In this document: positions 1-13,000 of the stretch, piece by piece
How the letters are laid out: each line of letters opens with the position of its first letter
How positions within the stretch are numbered: the first letter of the stretch is position 1
Origin: Octopus bimaculoides
Taxonomy: Eukaryota
Length of the DNA stretch: 64,000 nucleotides
Direction: 5' to 3'
Assembly (NCBI RefSeq): GCF_001194135.2
Contig: NC_068991.1
Coordinates: forward strand, 35,654,753 to 35,718,752
Notes under the pieces: generated by a model
Databases searched by the model: none
The model's input: the letters and a program-made list of their open reading frames with translations, nothing else
Told to the model about the DNA's origin: nothing
Program-made: the position numbers and the translations under genes

Positions 1-175
1 AAAAAGTTGTGGTGATAGAGTACAGCAGGGTTTGCCACCATCCCCCGCCGGAGCCTCGTGGAGTTTTAGGTGTTTTCGCTCAATAAACACTCACAACGTC
101 CGGTCTGGGGATCGAAACCGCGATCCTATGACTGCGAGTCCGCTGCCCTAACCACTGGGCCATTGCGCCTCCACT
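1..175 (-). mobile_element. tRNA-derived SINE, 5' part (Arg-like head; resembles octopus OR-type SINEs)
   Basis: Minus strand reads GGAGGCGCAATGGCCCAGTGGTTAGGGCAGCGGACTCGCAGTCATAGGATCGCGGTTTCGATCCCCAGACCGG: A box (TGGCCCAGTGG), B-box-like GGTTTCGATCCC, then a non-tRNA body running off the window edge. The family name is from recall, not a search. Confidence 0.8.
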
Positions 176-359
176 TTGCATGTACTATATTTGCATATAA
201 TGTACATATATATGCATACATACGCATACGCGCACGAAGGAATGTTACTGATACATTACGATGATTAATCAAGATTTAGAGGGACCTGGTTCTAAGATCT
301 ATAATCAAAACCATAGAATCAATATATTTGGCTTATTTCTCCAATTTCTCTCTTCCTTT

Positions 360-438
360 CAACCCCAATCACTCTCTGTTTATCTTTCTTTCTTTCATTC
401 TTTCGTTCTTTCTTTCTTTCTTTCTTTCTTTCCTTCAT

Positions 439-478
<40 letters not shown>

Positions 479-482
479 TCAC
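360..482 (+). repeat. (TTTC)n microsatellite
   Basis: Direct reading of the tandem TTTC array. Confidence 0.95.
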
Positions 483-604
483 TTGCTCTTATTTAGCCCA
501 CACTGCTAATTATCAATTCTTAGCATTGCTTTTGTAATTATAAATGTGGTCTTCTTACTTTGAATTGTAATGATTTGCAACATAGGTACGAGATCAGAAA
601 TTTG

Positions 605-945
605 GTAGTGAAAGATTAAGTGATTCAATTGATTTAATAGAGACTGGTTCTTCACTTACATTAAATTATCGATCTTGTGAAGATGAAAGGAAAAGTTAAC
701 TTCGGTGGGATTTGAACTCAAAATGTAAAGAGACGTATCTAAATGCGGCAAAGCGTTTTCTTTGGTTGCCAACCGGTTCTGCTATGTACCACCCTTTTGT
801 AATAATCCTTTCTATTTTAAGCACTTTGCCTGAAATTTTTGGGGAGGGAGCTAGTTGATTACATTGACTCCCGCGCTCAACTGGTTCTTATTTTATCGTT
901 CCCGACAGGATGAAGAGCAACGTCGACCTCGGTACTTTGCAGCAA
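605..945 (-). mobile_element. Two decayed copies of the 'GGCGGCGAGCTGGCAGAA' tRNA-SINE family
   Basis: Both match the near-intact copy at 35524-35737 (e.g. GATGAAAGGAAAAGTTAACTTCGGTGGGATTTGAACTCA; GATGAAGAGCAACGTCGACCTCGG). Confidence 0.75.
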
Positions 946-1454
946 TAATAACAATGGTCCTAATTATTATAATGCTTTATTTTATAGTTCACCAAGGCCA
1001 TGACTTTGGGAATTGCGCAAGAAGAAAATCGTAACACGAAATAAGGTAGTTTCCATAGAGTAAAAAAGTGAAATCTTTAACAACAATAAGAATAATAATA
1101 AATAAACAGCAAAGGACAACAAAAACAATAAGAATAAGCAGAATGATAAGAAGCAACACACCTAAAATCTATATCACTCTGGTACCTTTCCCACCAGTTG
1201 TTACTCCATTTAGCCAATTCCGTCGATTTAAGCCAGCTTTCATAAAATTCATTGGAAAACGGCTCCTACCACTTTATGAGTTTATATATCCATGACTGTT
1301 AGCCTTTATCACTATCTTGTTTTATATTTTAAGGGTTGTATGCAAAATGCATGTGACTGGCTGCATGTGTGTGTGTGTTTTCATATCTACATGTACGTTA
1401 TAGTCGTTTGGGTGCGTGTGCAAGTATGCGTATTGGTTCATTTGTTTTTCTTAT

Positions 1455-1567
1455 GAATGACTTTCTTCCATGTCTAAGAGTTGTACGTACGTGTGTATGT
1501 ATATGTGCGTGTGTGCGTGTGTGTGTGTGTGTATATATGTATGTATATATGTATGCATGTATGTATG

Positions 1568-1607
<40 letters not shown>

Positions 1608-1680
1608 TTAAGTATCTATGTGTGTGTGCGTGCACGCGCGCGTGTATGTATGTATCTTTTCGTGTGTATATGTGTGGGTC
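1455..1680 (+). repeat. Compound (GT)n/(GTAT)n/(AT)n microsatellite
   Basis: Direct reading. Confidence 0.9.
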
Positions 1681-1889
1681 TGCGCATTCTTTTCGTTTTT
1701 GTCGGAAATGGTGACAACTTTTTGTAATTTTATAGTTTAATAATAAAGAAGATTCTTGTGTTTTGAGAATTTGCTTAAATGTTTGTTATACACAAATATT
1801 TATGTGTACGAGTACGTAGGTCGAAACATTTTATTGGGAAACAAATCTAAAAACAAAGAACACACTCATACAGATAATCAGAATTAGAA

Positions 1890-3450
1890 TTTAAATATTA
1901 TATAGACTGGAGGATGTAATGTTTTGTAGCCGGACAAACAACAAAGCATTGTGTGTAATATTCAATGACAAAACTATTGTAGGGCTAAATGAATACAACA
2001 TGTGTAGGCGTTAGGAAATGAAGTATTCGCAGCAGTCACCAAACAGGAAAACTACCAGATGAGAAAATGGAGGCTTGAAAGAAATATTTGAACACAACTA
2101 TCATTTTCACTTGGATAAATGTGAATAAGTTGCGCTTAATGCTAGCTTAAGGCTAACTTATTTTCACCAAATAAAGAAAAATTATTTACTGAAAACACTT
2201 TTTTTTCAATTAAAGTACAAGCTATCCAATCGGTTTCTCGGATTCTTGATGAGCGAGCAAATATGTCTGAGAACGTTACTATTATTATTCGGGGATTTTA
2301 AAAGTGACACTCGAACATGGAAGAGCTGCAGATGTTAACATTTTCAAAAATACGACGTAAAAATGAAGTACAAACTGGTTTGGAAACGTTTAAAGTGTGT
2401 CACAGCCGAAAGCTGTGATGCAGGAAGATATTTCATTGAATGGTGACATATCGTGAAGTGCAAAATTTTACAAGAACCGGTCGTATCAATGGTGAAATTT
2501 ATCTAATCGCATGCACTCATCGCCAGTTTTGAGAACTTTGGGTAAAACAGAAACTTGATAAAACGATTTGCCGTACCACACTGATGACGATAGCCTTGCT
2601 GTTATTTCACAAATGTTTGGTAGGAGACTGGCATTTTTAACGAGAAAAATCGCTGACATAATGATGCTTTTTAACGAGTTTAGTCTTGAATTATATGACT
2701 AGATATCTGCTGAGAAATTTTTCTACATAAATTAGCCTCTTTCTTTTTTCATTCGCAGTTACTAATAGCTTGAACCACTTTCTTTGCTGTGGAAAATACA
2801 ACCAAAAAGCAAACTCTCCATTTCCTTTTAAATTCACTTTCTTCATTAATCTCAAGATACAGTTTCAACAGTGTTTTTTTCAGAAACATTAAAAATCATT
2901 CAAAATCCATTTGACTATATTATCAAAGAACTTCCGTTAGATCTACAACTGGAAATTATTGACCCGCAATCAAATGGCACATTAAAAGACACGTGCATAA
3001 GAGAAAACATGATACACTTTTATTTAGATTCCTCTTACATGAAGGATGTACTTCTTCATATTCTTTTCTTGGAGTGGATTTCAACATTTGTCACAACCTA
3101 TTTACGGGAAAAAGCATTTTTCAAAGTTAAACTAAATCAAATCCATGTTTAGGTCATTGCTAACAGATTGCTATCCAAACTCAGTTTTGATTACACGAAC
3201 CACAAAATTTGACCACTATTTGACAGCATTGCACCCCCGCCCTCCAAAAAAAAAACGAATTCTATGGTTCCCATTGATTGTGCTATATGGAAAATTATGG
3301 TATATTCTTCTATAAGTAAAACATTAAAGTAATTAAAACACAATCTGTTTTCATAAGTTTGTATGATCATGATTCTGTTTTTTATTTGCCTTTATCTAAA
3401 AGACAAAAAGCATTTCAAATTCTGCTCGCCTCCAAAATGTTTTGCCTATT
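1890..3450 (+). mobile_element. Decayed hAT (Charlie/SPIN/Buster-like) transposase relic
   Basis: ORF 2871-3152 (IQNPF...LPLDLQLEIIDPQSNGTLK...STFVTTYLREKAFFKVKLN) matches the hAT C-terminal dimerisation pattern (NPF..P.ELQMELIELQ...FGSTYLCEQ.FS.MK). Upstream fragments VTIIIRG and LVWKRLKCVT fit the same family. Many stops and frameshifts. Confidence 0.8.
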
Positions 3451-4490
3451 CTTCTTTAGGATATGAAGGTTAACGTTTCACCGACGACTTGACCCAACTG
3501 GTAGCCTTGCATTAAACACCTGACATCTACCAAGATTGTTTTGTTTATGTTGAAGATTATTTTATGAACTTTGGCAAATAGTCTACGCTTCATTTTGTTT
3601 TGATACTATGAAGATTAATATTTTAGTTTTTTAGATTCAAATTTTGTATTTCCAAATTTCTAATTTCAGCCTTAAATGTTTCTGAAGCTTACTGTTTTAT
3701 AATTTACCAGTTCCCGACTGAGAGTTTCAGTCATACTGGTGTGCTATTGACTACTTAGATTTCCTAATTACGATAATCTATGAAATATTTTGTTGCAGAA
3801 ATGACATTTTATTTTTCTGCGTCCGATCCAACCGAAGATGCTTGCTTGTATTTTGATTTTATGAACAGGGAATGAATTAAAAAATATGATTGCTGATAGC
3901 TGGAGATTTACTGATTGATTTTATGCCCCTTGATCGTGTCTTAAGGTAATTTATGGCCATTTTATTATCTGCATCAAGTTGGGAACGCTTTTTCCCCTAT
4001 ATGTGTTTAGAATTGTTTGTCTCTTACGTAAAAGTTTTATACATATTGCAACATACTAAATTACTTGATGTGTGTTCAATAGATTTTGGTATTGATATAT
4101 TTACCGAAGCAGCTTTGGATTGAAGATGATTTCCCGATAATTAAGGGAAAACACATCTCTTATAGTTTATTATTAGCTTCAGGATTATTGCTGCCGGACT
4201 CTGGGTAGCTGGTGTATTGATGTTCTTGTTATTGTAACGTATACCGTTAATTGAGTTTTGTTTTACAGTAAAATCGTGCGCCATTGTTGATTTGGATGAC
4301 TCGATTTGTTTGAATCCGTTTTATTCTTGTAATCTGATTAATATATTCGTTAAGGTGTTTTGAGTTTAAGTCTAGGCCTGGGTGTTTGATATGCCATATA
4401 TATTTCAGTATTTGCACATAACCAAGATGCCCAGGCTCAGAATATTCGGTGGCATCGCTACTTTGTACCAGTGGCCATAGTTCGGATTGA
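3450..4490 (-). mobile_element. Highly decayed LINE RT C-terminal region (Jockey/I-like)
   Basis: Broken minus-strand frames give INGIRYNNK, IFNPKL.FGKYINT and MYKTF, resembling the YLGV.FD.KL.W..HI and LYK..IRP motifs. Confidence 0.5.
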
Positions 4491-5148
4491 GACGATGTGG
4501 TCTTATACTTTTAGCCATGATGGTTTTGTTAAATTATATTTAATTACTACGTACATGATGATGATTAAAAAAATTATCTTTGATCAAATAAAAATTACGT
4601 TTCTTTAACATTGAATTTTATATTGTTTTAATTATGCATTATATTCCAGCTTACATGCTTAGCTACTGTGCAACGAGTCGAGAATATTGTTTTACATATT
4701 TGTTCAAGTACAGATGTTACACTATATGTACTGCTTAGGTATTTATATAGAAATATTTCTATATATATTAACCTACATTTTGTTCATATTTGTTTGTTAC
4801 TGCATATGTAATGTTTAGTTACCTGTGTAAACTTAGATCTTGTAGCTGAACTTATCCATAAAATGGCTACTTTAATAGGTTACTTGAATATAAGCGTTAA
4901 ATATATACGTCCGAATATCGAAATGACTATTTGAATGTATGTATGCATGTATGCATGCATGCATGTATCTATGTATGTATGTAAGTACCGCTGAATCAAT
5001 AAGATGTATATGTGGGATTTGATAGCTAGCTAGCTAGTTAGATAAGTGGAAGGTTAGGATAAATGTATGAGAACACTTTTGATCGTAGGGTTTATTGATC
5101 AGAATCTGACTTCGGACTAGACAACTAAGCTGAAAGGGAAAGATTGAA

Positions 5149-5280
<132 letters not shown>

Positions 5281-5896
5281 AGGAGGAGAGAGAAGTGGGG
5301 TGAGAAAATATACATTGTCTACAATTCCGTTCTTTTTGACAAATAATAAGAGAGTAACTGGGGAAGAAATATAATAATTCGTTTCTGTTTCTAAACAATT
5401 TACAGATAAAACAAATGTCTGTAGAAATTCTATTACGGGTAGTTAATGTGTTCACACAATGTCGCTTTATACCAGAAAGATATTTTACTGCATCTAAGAT
5501 TAAAAATATGTTACATTAAGAAACTCTGAGCGTAAGCGATATATAAACGGTAGTATCATTTGTCTCCCTTGTGTGTAACACTATGATCTATGCTCTCTAA
5601 ATTATTTACGTGCTAGTTTAGTTGTGATATCACCAATGATGTCAAATATTTATCTTAATTTAATGTATTAAAAACTATTATAAATTAAGGGAAAATATAT
5701 GCGGCTTGTTAACAGACAAAATTACAGGAAATTGACGTCTGTTTAAACTAAAAAGGAAGATCGCTATCACTGGATGTTAAATTTGATATTAGGATGAACA
5801 TTTCGTCTCGTTCTTTACTACCAATCTGTACTTTCATATAATACATATATACATTCATACATATGCATACACAAACAATATATATATATATATATG

Positions 5897-6938
5897 CTAG
5901 CAGAGGCACCCGGCGTTGCTCGGGAATGAAATTGTTGCTTATATACTTGAAGAAAAAAAGGCAAAATATGCTGTATAGAAATTTGAGGACATTCTGTAGA
6001 TGGGCTCTCAGATGAATGATGGCTGGGCGCCTCTCATGAATGGGGAAAATTGAAGATGTGCCAAAAAGCCTCATTGGTACTTGGAAACTTTTACGAAAAT
6101 TAAAATGGGGATTAAATGAAAAAAAATGATTTACGTGAATATCCTCACAAGAGTAATTGAAATAAATGGCNNNNNNNNNNNNNNNNNNNNNNNNNNNNNN
6201 NNNNNNNNNNNNNNNNNNNNNNNNNNNNNNNNNNNNNNNNNNNNNNNNNNNNNNNNNNNNNNNNNNNNNNNNNNNNNNNNNNNNNNNNNNNNNNNNNNNN
6301 NNNNNNNNNNNNNNNNNNNNNNNNNNNNNNNNNNNNNNNNNNNAGAGGTTTGTTGTCGTGTGCGTGTGTATGTGTGAGAGAGTGGTGTGTATGTAGTATT
6401 TACTCTCTCTCTCTCTCTCATACACACTCACACACACACTCACACACAAAATAGAGAGTGAAGCTTTTTGCCGTTGTTACGTCAATACCGGAGCACGCGC
6501 TCGCGCATACACACGTGTGTCTTTGTAAATATGTTTGTATACATTTATGTATGTGTGTGTTTGTAAGAGACAGAGTGTGAGTGAGAGAGAGAGGTTTGTT
6601 GTCGTGTGCGTGTGTATGTGTGAGAGAGTGGTGTGTATGTAGTATTTACTCTCTCTCTCTCTCTCATACACACGAACACACACACTCACACACAAAATAG
6701 AGAGTGAAGCTTTTTGCCGTTGTTACGTCAATACCGGAAGTTGACATTGAGGAACCTTTTTAAAGAAGTGAATCTTAAATATAAAGCAATATTATTTGTT
6801 TTTAATTAAAAAAATCAAATGAAGAGCCTAACATTTATCCGAGGTCAAATTATTCATGCATCACAAGTATGGAAGCATTTGGTGAAGTCGATTTCACGTG
6901 AAAAGCGATTACACACACAACTCTGTTTTATATATAGT
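5897..6938 (-). mobile_element. Non-autonomous Helitron retaining a Rep/helicase fragment
   Basis: Minus-strand 3' end is the CCCGAGCAACGCCGGG hairpin followed by CTAG (5897-5900). The 5' end is CTATATATAAAA near 6937. An internal frame gives RLFGTSSIFPIHERRPAIIHLRAHLQN, matching the Helitron motif WRIFGFPIHER.PAV..L.VHL.N. Contains an N-gap. Confidence 0.75.
6344..6738 (+). repeat. ~149-bp direct repeat, period 246 bp, inside the Helitron
   Basis: 6344-6492 and 6590-6738 are near-identical (AGAGGTTTGTTGTCGTG...GTCAATACCGGA). Confidence 0.9.
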
Positions 6939-7039
6939 ATATATATATATAACCGTTATACTCCAGTTCGCTTCAAACTTTAATAGTGGTAACACTTTGA
7001 ATAAAGCTGTACGGATATATTTTTAACCAAGATGAAATC

Positions 7040-7800
7040 TGGATGCAGAACCGTATATTCTGTATTGCCAAACATTTGTGGGAAAGTGACACTTTTACTT
7101 ATAATAATCACCAGAACAAACACTTCAAGTGCCATGAAAACAACCTGAACAAGCTACAAGATCGTCTGTGTAGTCATCATCCGCACTATCTGCCACACAG
7201 GATATCGAAATCGTTTTCATCATCATTACTTCGTTCCGTCAACATGACCTCTATACTGCAGAGTTAATCTGTTGCCCTGCTTAAAATCACCACCTAGGTT
7301 TTGAGTGCATTTTGCATTATCTTCTCTGTTTCATACACGGGAGCCCAGGTCTTGGGTTTGGAAATAAATTCTACCTTTCTTGCCACTATACAAGGAGGAC
7401 TTGAAAATGATTTATGTTCTCAGTTTGCTTGTGCGGGTGTAAAAAAATGTTCCTTACTCTGTGGTTTACTGAAAAGCCACTTGCTTATAAGCAGAGCAAT
7501 TCAAAATCCAAATATGGAAATATGAAATAACAGTGAACTGATGATAGCAGTTATTTCAATTCAGATATTTTGATTAAATTTTAGATCTGTCATACTAGCT
7601 ATCGACTTAAAGTCAGTACCCCTTAGCTGTGCGATTAAGTTCTCAGCAATTATATCTTCTTTCTCACACCTTTTCTGTGATTTTTTGTCTACAACGTACT
7701 TTGTCTTATTGTTTATACTTTCTGATGATACATGTTCTGTTGTTGTCTCAGCTTTCTATCAACATTTACTGATTGTTTCTAATTTAGGTACAAGATCAAC
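7040..7800 (-). pseudogene. Decayed ORF ending in an acidic tract and a PHD-like finger (probably transposon-derived)
   Basis: Long frame with scattered stops, then ERSNDDENDFDILCGR / DDDYTDDLVACSGCF / WHLKCL / YYK*KCH. C4HC3 spacing is recoverable across frameshifts. Confidence 0.45.
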
Positions 7801-7814
7801 CGTTCTGAGGATAG

Positions 7815-7975
7815 GCGGTTAGTCGGTAACATTGCCCCAAGAACTTGATTGGTACATTACTTTATTGATTTCCAAGAAATGAAGCGCATAATTGACCTTG
7901 GCAGGATTTGAACTCAAAGCGTTAAGAGCCAAAATAAGTACTGCAAAACACTATTTTTCGTTTCTCTGACGACTT
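7815..7975 (-). mobile_element. Decayed tRNA-SINE copy
   Basis: AATTGACCTTGGCAGGATTTGAACTCAAAGCGTTAAGAGC matches the 35524-35737 family. Confidence 0.7.
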
Positions 7976-8589
7976 ACCAGCTTACTACTTTTGTTAACTT
8001 TGATAATTGCTTGTAATATAAGCTTAATACCGTATAAGCATTCCGTAGTTTGACTAACCCATAGCTGGTGCCTATTTTAATGATCGCCGACTTTAATGAT
8101 CCTCCTGACTTTATGTGGGCACTATTATAAGCCTTCACTCTAGTTAGTGTCTGCAATCTCAAATTTACGAGTGTTTTATTGGTTAGCAATGATAAATTCA
8201 ATGTTTTTTTTGCAGCAGCAGACTAGCATTCTATCCAGTAGGAGGCTTATCAGCTGCTAAATACAAGATAAACTTTGGTCGAGAAGACTATGAAGGGACG
8301 GGAAAACACTAATTTAATTTTCTATTGAAGCTTTTGACATCAGTGGCGTCCTAGCAAAAAATATGAAGTCTACACATTTAATACGAAGTGTCACGATTAT
8401 GTTAAGCACCAGTGTTTATATACTGTACAAAGATAGAAGCAGAGTTATATGTATGACTCTGGATAAGTTAAGATGGCTAGGTGGTTTCACAACTTCGTTT
8501 CACTACCTCCATACTGCTTATAAAGGTTAAAATATTTAATTTCTTTTCTAAATCATAACGGGTTGTGCCGTACAAGCGTTCAAGAGGAA

Positions 8590-8935
8590 TCGATAGCCTG
8601 TTTTCGGCTGCAAGTTGTAATTAGAACAATTTCATTTAATGTTCAGTTTTAAGTGTTCTTGAGTGAAGCAAAAGCATTAATCAGTAAGAAGGCGCAGTCG
8701 ACGAAGAGGGGAAGAGGACAAGTAACAGATATGTAAGGTGCGGTTGGTGTTTAGCTTCAATTGGTGCAGGTTGATGTCTCGGGAAAACACTGGCAGAGAG
8801 GGAATTCCAGAAAGGAATGGTTAAGAAACGTGTTTACTATTTCGTAAGGTGTAACAAACTTTGAGTACCTATATGAGAAATACTGGACGGGAAATGCTTT
8901 ACTCAGAAGAACAAAATGCCTATGTTTGTCACATG
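8590..8935 (-). mobile_element. 3' end of a Jockey/L2-like LINE
   Basis: Minus strand ..CCTTTCTGGAATTCCCTCTCTGCCAGTGTTTTCCCGAGACATCAACCTGCACCAATTGAAG.. translates to WNSLSASVFPETSTCTN, like the conserved LINE tail WNSLP..VFP..YNL..FK. Confidence 0.55.
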
Positions 8936-8958
8936 GTTGGTGAGATCTTGCTAATCAG

Positions 8959-9012
<54 letters not shown>

Positions 9013-9448
9013 CGTGATTATATATGTCACGTATTTTCCAATAAATCGTTTCATTACTGGCAATGAAAGATATCCATAAATTTCTTCAAAGTAAAATAAA
9101 CGCATGACTTTTAAGATCCATCCCGCTTCTGAGTTCATTAAGGACTTGAAAAGATATTCCTTTAAGAATCAAAAGCAAATCACGAACTCGCAAGGATGAG
9201 ATTTTACCTACATTCAATAATGTTCAACGTATGGATATCAAATCTATTTGAGTGTGTGGTAGAAACATATGCATGAATGTGCATGTTTCTGAGTGCGTGT
9301 GTTTCAGTATACGTCTGAGTGTGTGTTTCAGTGTTAATATGTCGGAGTTTGTGAATGTGTGTGTTTTTGAATGTGTGTGCATGCATGAATGTACGTATAT
9401 GCACTAAACACATACATAAAAATACATATACACATCCAATCACAGCAC

Positions 9449-9503
<55 letters not shown>

Positions 9504-9919
9504 AAGGGATGCAGATATTTGTATGAGGTTGGATGTAAATATGTTTGTGTGCTTGCGTTTACTGTTTCAACATCTGATGTATTTTTAGAAAGAAATTATT
9601 GATGTTTAAGGGAAGGTTGAAGCAGTGAGGATGGAGAGAAGAAAGAAAAAAAATATGAAGAAAGGGAAAAAAGGGGAGGAAGAAGCATGAAGATGACGTG
9701 GGTTGAAGAAAGGAAATAGGCTGGTGAAAGGATGCAGGGGGTAACAACGAGGTATGAGGGGTAGTAACAACATACAGGGGTTGTTAACAATAATATATAG
9801 GGGTAATGAAATATTAGGGATAACAATAGCCTACACTTCATGAAACTATTTTATATACTTTTAGTGATTCATTTAATTTCGTGCCAATTTGCAGAAAGTT
9901 CAATAATCTCCGAAAAATC

Positions 9920-10064
<145 letters not shown>

Positions 10065-10364
10065 TCTTTTGGTATTTGGTATTTGATATTTTTTTTGGTT
10101 GTCAGTTTTACTGGTGTTTGCTTTCAGCTATTTTATATTTAACGTCTGTTCCTCTTTTGTTTTTTAGTGATTGTTTTATTGTATTTTCATTATTTCTAAT
10201 GTTATCTTTTATCCGAACGTGTTTTCTTTAGTTGTTACATATCCACACAGCCATACTTTTACTCACACACACATATACACATACACATATACGTACTCAC
10301 AAATATACACTCACGTTAAACACATTCACAATCAAATACTAACACATTCATTTTCAAGTATGTT

Positions 10365-10608
10365 TTCTTGTTTGTTTGTTTGTTTGGATACTTGTTTGGT
10401 TGGCTGGTTGGTTGGTTGGTTGGTTGGCTGGTTTGGTTTAGTTTGAATTGGTTCGAGCTTGGTTTTATTTTAAGGTATTCTTTATTGAATTTTATTTCCA
10501 CTTGTTTTCTTCTTCTTCTTCTTCTTCTTCTTCTTCTTCTTCTTCTTCTTCTTCTTCTTCTTCTTCTTCTTCTTCTTCTTCTTCTTCTTCTTCTTCTTCT
10601 TCTTCTTT
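10365..10608 (+). repeat. (GTTT/GGTT)n and (CTT)n microsatellites
   Basis: Direct reading. Confidence 0.9.
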
Positions 10609-10902
10609 GATGCAGACTTCAGTCTAACGTGCTAAAATTCTGCTCCGGTGTTTCTCGATATTTTACAAATGTAACTAAAAAAAGTAATTTTAATTTTTAT
10701 TTTTATTTCCCTCAAGAACACTTATTGAGCGTTTTGGAGGTCTTCTCCTACTGGGATTTGACAACAATGTCGGTTGTTAAAATATGTTCATTTTAGTCTA
10801 TCGTCGAACGACATAGTGAAAATGGATTTTTTTCCTCAAATCCGCCCCTCAGAAAGATTACTGTAAACATAGCAAAACAACCACAAAACAAAAAAAAAAC
10901 AA

Positions 10903-11511
10903 TCTTATACCTAAATGACAATTTCTGTCTGTCGATCTGTCTGTTACCATCTTGCTCCCTACACCAGTAAACCAATTTTCACGAAACTTTGCATACATGT
11001 TAAACTAACATCCAGTTCAAGAGGAGGGTGCAAGGAGTGTCAGTGTGAGAGAAATGTGCTGGCTGAGTGGGTGTAGCTGATATCAAGGAAAGGGAGAACA
11101 GCGTTGTGTAAGCGACAAATGTGGAGTGGCAGTGAGATGATAACGTTAATACAGTTGTCATTCACGGATAAGCACGCAACGCTGCATACATACTTTCGTA
11201 AATACATAGATACATGCATACACTCACACATGAAATTTTAAAATTACGTCAAAATTTTCAAATTTGGCATAATGAAATAATTTTCCAGAAGTTGTAAGTA
11301 CTTCTGAAGTTTTGATAAGTTTTAATAAAGTTATGTGAAACGGTCGAACAGACACGTAAATAATTTAAAAAGTAAAAAATTCCCCAAGGAAGTTTTTTGC
11401 GAAAAATTGCCTATCTGTGGAAGAAGGCATGGTCTGACATGGAATAAACAAAAAAATTATATAAGACATTCTACTGTAAAATTGCCCGGGAACGACGGGC
11501 TAGTCAACTAG
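10903..11511 (+). mobile_element. Complete non-autonomous Helitron
   Basis: Starts A|TC (10903) with TCTTATACCTAAATG..GTCTGTC..CACGAAACTTTGCATACATG. Ends with the GCCCGGGAACGACGGGC hairpin, then CTAG|T (11508-11511). Inserted between A and T with no TSD. Confidence 0.75.
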
Positions 11512-11599
11512 TAAAACATGTAAGGAGCCACCAAACAAATTGTAGAAAATTGAAAATAAAGCTCTAACAAAAATACAACATAATATCAACACGTATGAC

Positions 11600-13000
11600 A
11601 ACAACACCTTATATGCGTTTTCATTCCACATCAGGTGCAAACACGAGTAGTGAAAAGATGGCCTTTGCTACCGCCCGCCAAAGACAATCTTGTGATATGG
11701 AGTATATTGCTGAAAGATCACAAGCCTAGCAACATTTCGTTCATCAAATTGGCATCAGTAATCCACAATCAATCACATAGTCTCATTAGAGGAAAAAAAT
11801 AATTTATGTATAGCCAAGAACACTGCAGGCTTTCTCGTAACATACAAACAAGAGTCCGAAACAACCTGGCAAAAATCTAAACGAAATTTCTCAAATTGGG
11901 AAAGGGAGGACATAAAATGTTATGTTACCTCTGAAGCAGAAGATGGAGCAAAAGTACAAGACCATATAGTATGAGCCACACCTACCAATAAGCTGTTTTC
12001 TATATGGTCACCGTCAGAGGCATTGATTGGAAAAATCGGCCACTAGCTAATAGTTACCTTCATAGCACAATAAGAACAGGTAGTAACCGCAAAAGTAACT
12101 TTCGGCAACATGTGGTCGAATGAGACCCCTATGAATATATATATAGGTTCTCATGACCTCACAACGCTAGAAAACAATATCAGGACTGTTCTGTAGAGGG
12201 TACTGAGAAGAAAATCAAATCTCAAAATATATCTAAGATAGTTGACACATGGCAGCAAAATTCATCTAAAAGCTTTCTGCGCAGAAAGCTCCTCTCCTAA
12301 CAATTAAAAACAAAACAGGTCAGTCCTTAAGCAGCAACAGGCACAACACCTGAGTCGGCAAATGAAATTGCACCATTTTAATTATCAGGAGCAAATCACA
12401 AGGTCCCAAAGTTCTAGCCTCATCCAAGGAAAATGAGAGGAGTCACCCACAGCAGCAACAACAGCTAGCACTAAATGACCAGGAAGTGACTCACCCTCCA
12501 TTGTAGCATCATTTCAGTAACTTATGAAGATGGGACGAGACGAATGTGGACTGAGAAAAGCAGTCTTCTTAAAAAACGGAAACTAAAAAAAAAAAATTTA
12601 TAAAATTGTGAGGTAGTGTACATTTCTCCAGGAAAAAAATCATACATCACCAAGGAAAACCAATGTCTTGCGAGGTGGAAGCAGCCTCCGCTCTGAAGAA
12701 GTGAAATTTACAGCCATTCACAAGAAAACTAAAACTCCAATAAAAGTCTTATACAACATACACAAGAAATATTCAGATTAAGTTTGAACTGAAAAGAGAA
12801 GGGATCATAGACAGAATGTTAGAACAAAATTTCGGATAGACTTTAACAAGTGTTATATATTAACAATCCAGAGGACTTACCTAATATAACAAAACAACTC
12901 CTCGTGGAAGATTTTGGAATTATCGTCCATGAACGATACAAGAAAGGAATGCATTGGAAGCATAATCAGAAATGTGGAGCACACTGATCAACTAATAATA
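11600..13000 (+). mobile_element. Heavily decayed copy of the ORF1-like zinc-knuckle family (cf. 39696-40998)
   Basis: Fragments MVTVRGI, VEG.., a remnant knuckle (..GACACATGGCAGCAAAATTC = [G]HMAAK), a KKRKLKKK tract, and a C-terminal IKVLYN..EDLPNIT resembling TVVFYN..DTLPNVV. Confidence 0.4.

Noticed and set aside
100-175. tRNA-Arg-like sequence as a tRNA gene
   Set aside because: The cloverleaf is imperfect and it continues into a SINE body, so it is a SINE head.
1030-1265. Env-like Trp-rich segment (ESWLKSTELAKWSNNWWER) followed by a transmembrane-like stretch on the minus strand
   Set aside because: The hydrophobic stretch is a decayed (AAC/AAT)n repeat in a different frame, and there are no other env or LTR features.
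2581-2600. CTGATGA hammerhead half-core
   Set aside because: Lies in hAT coding relic with no stem II or GAAA partner.
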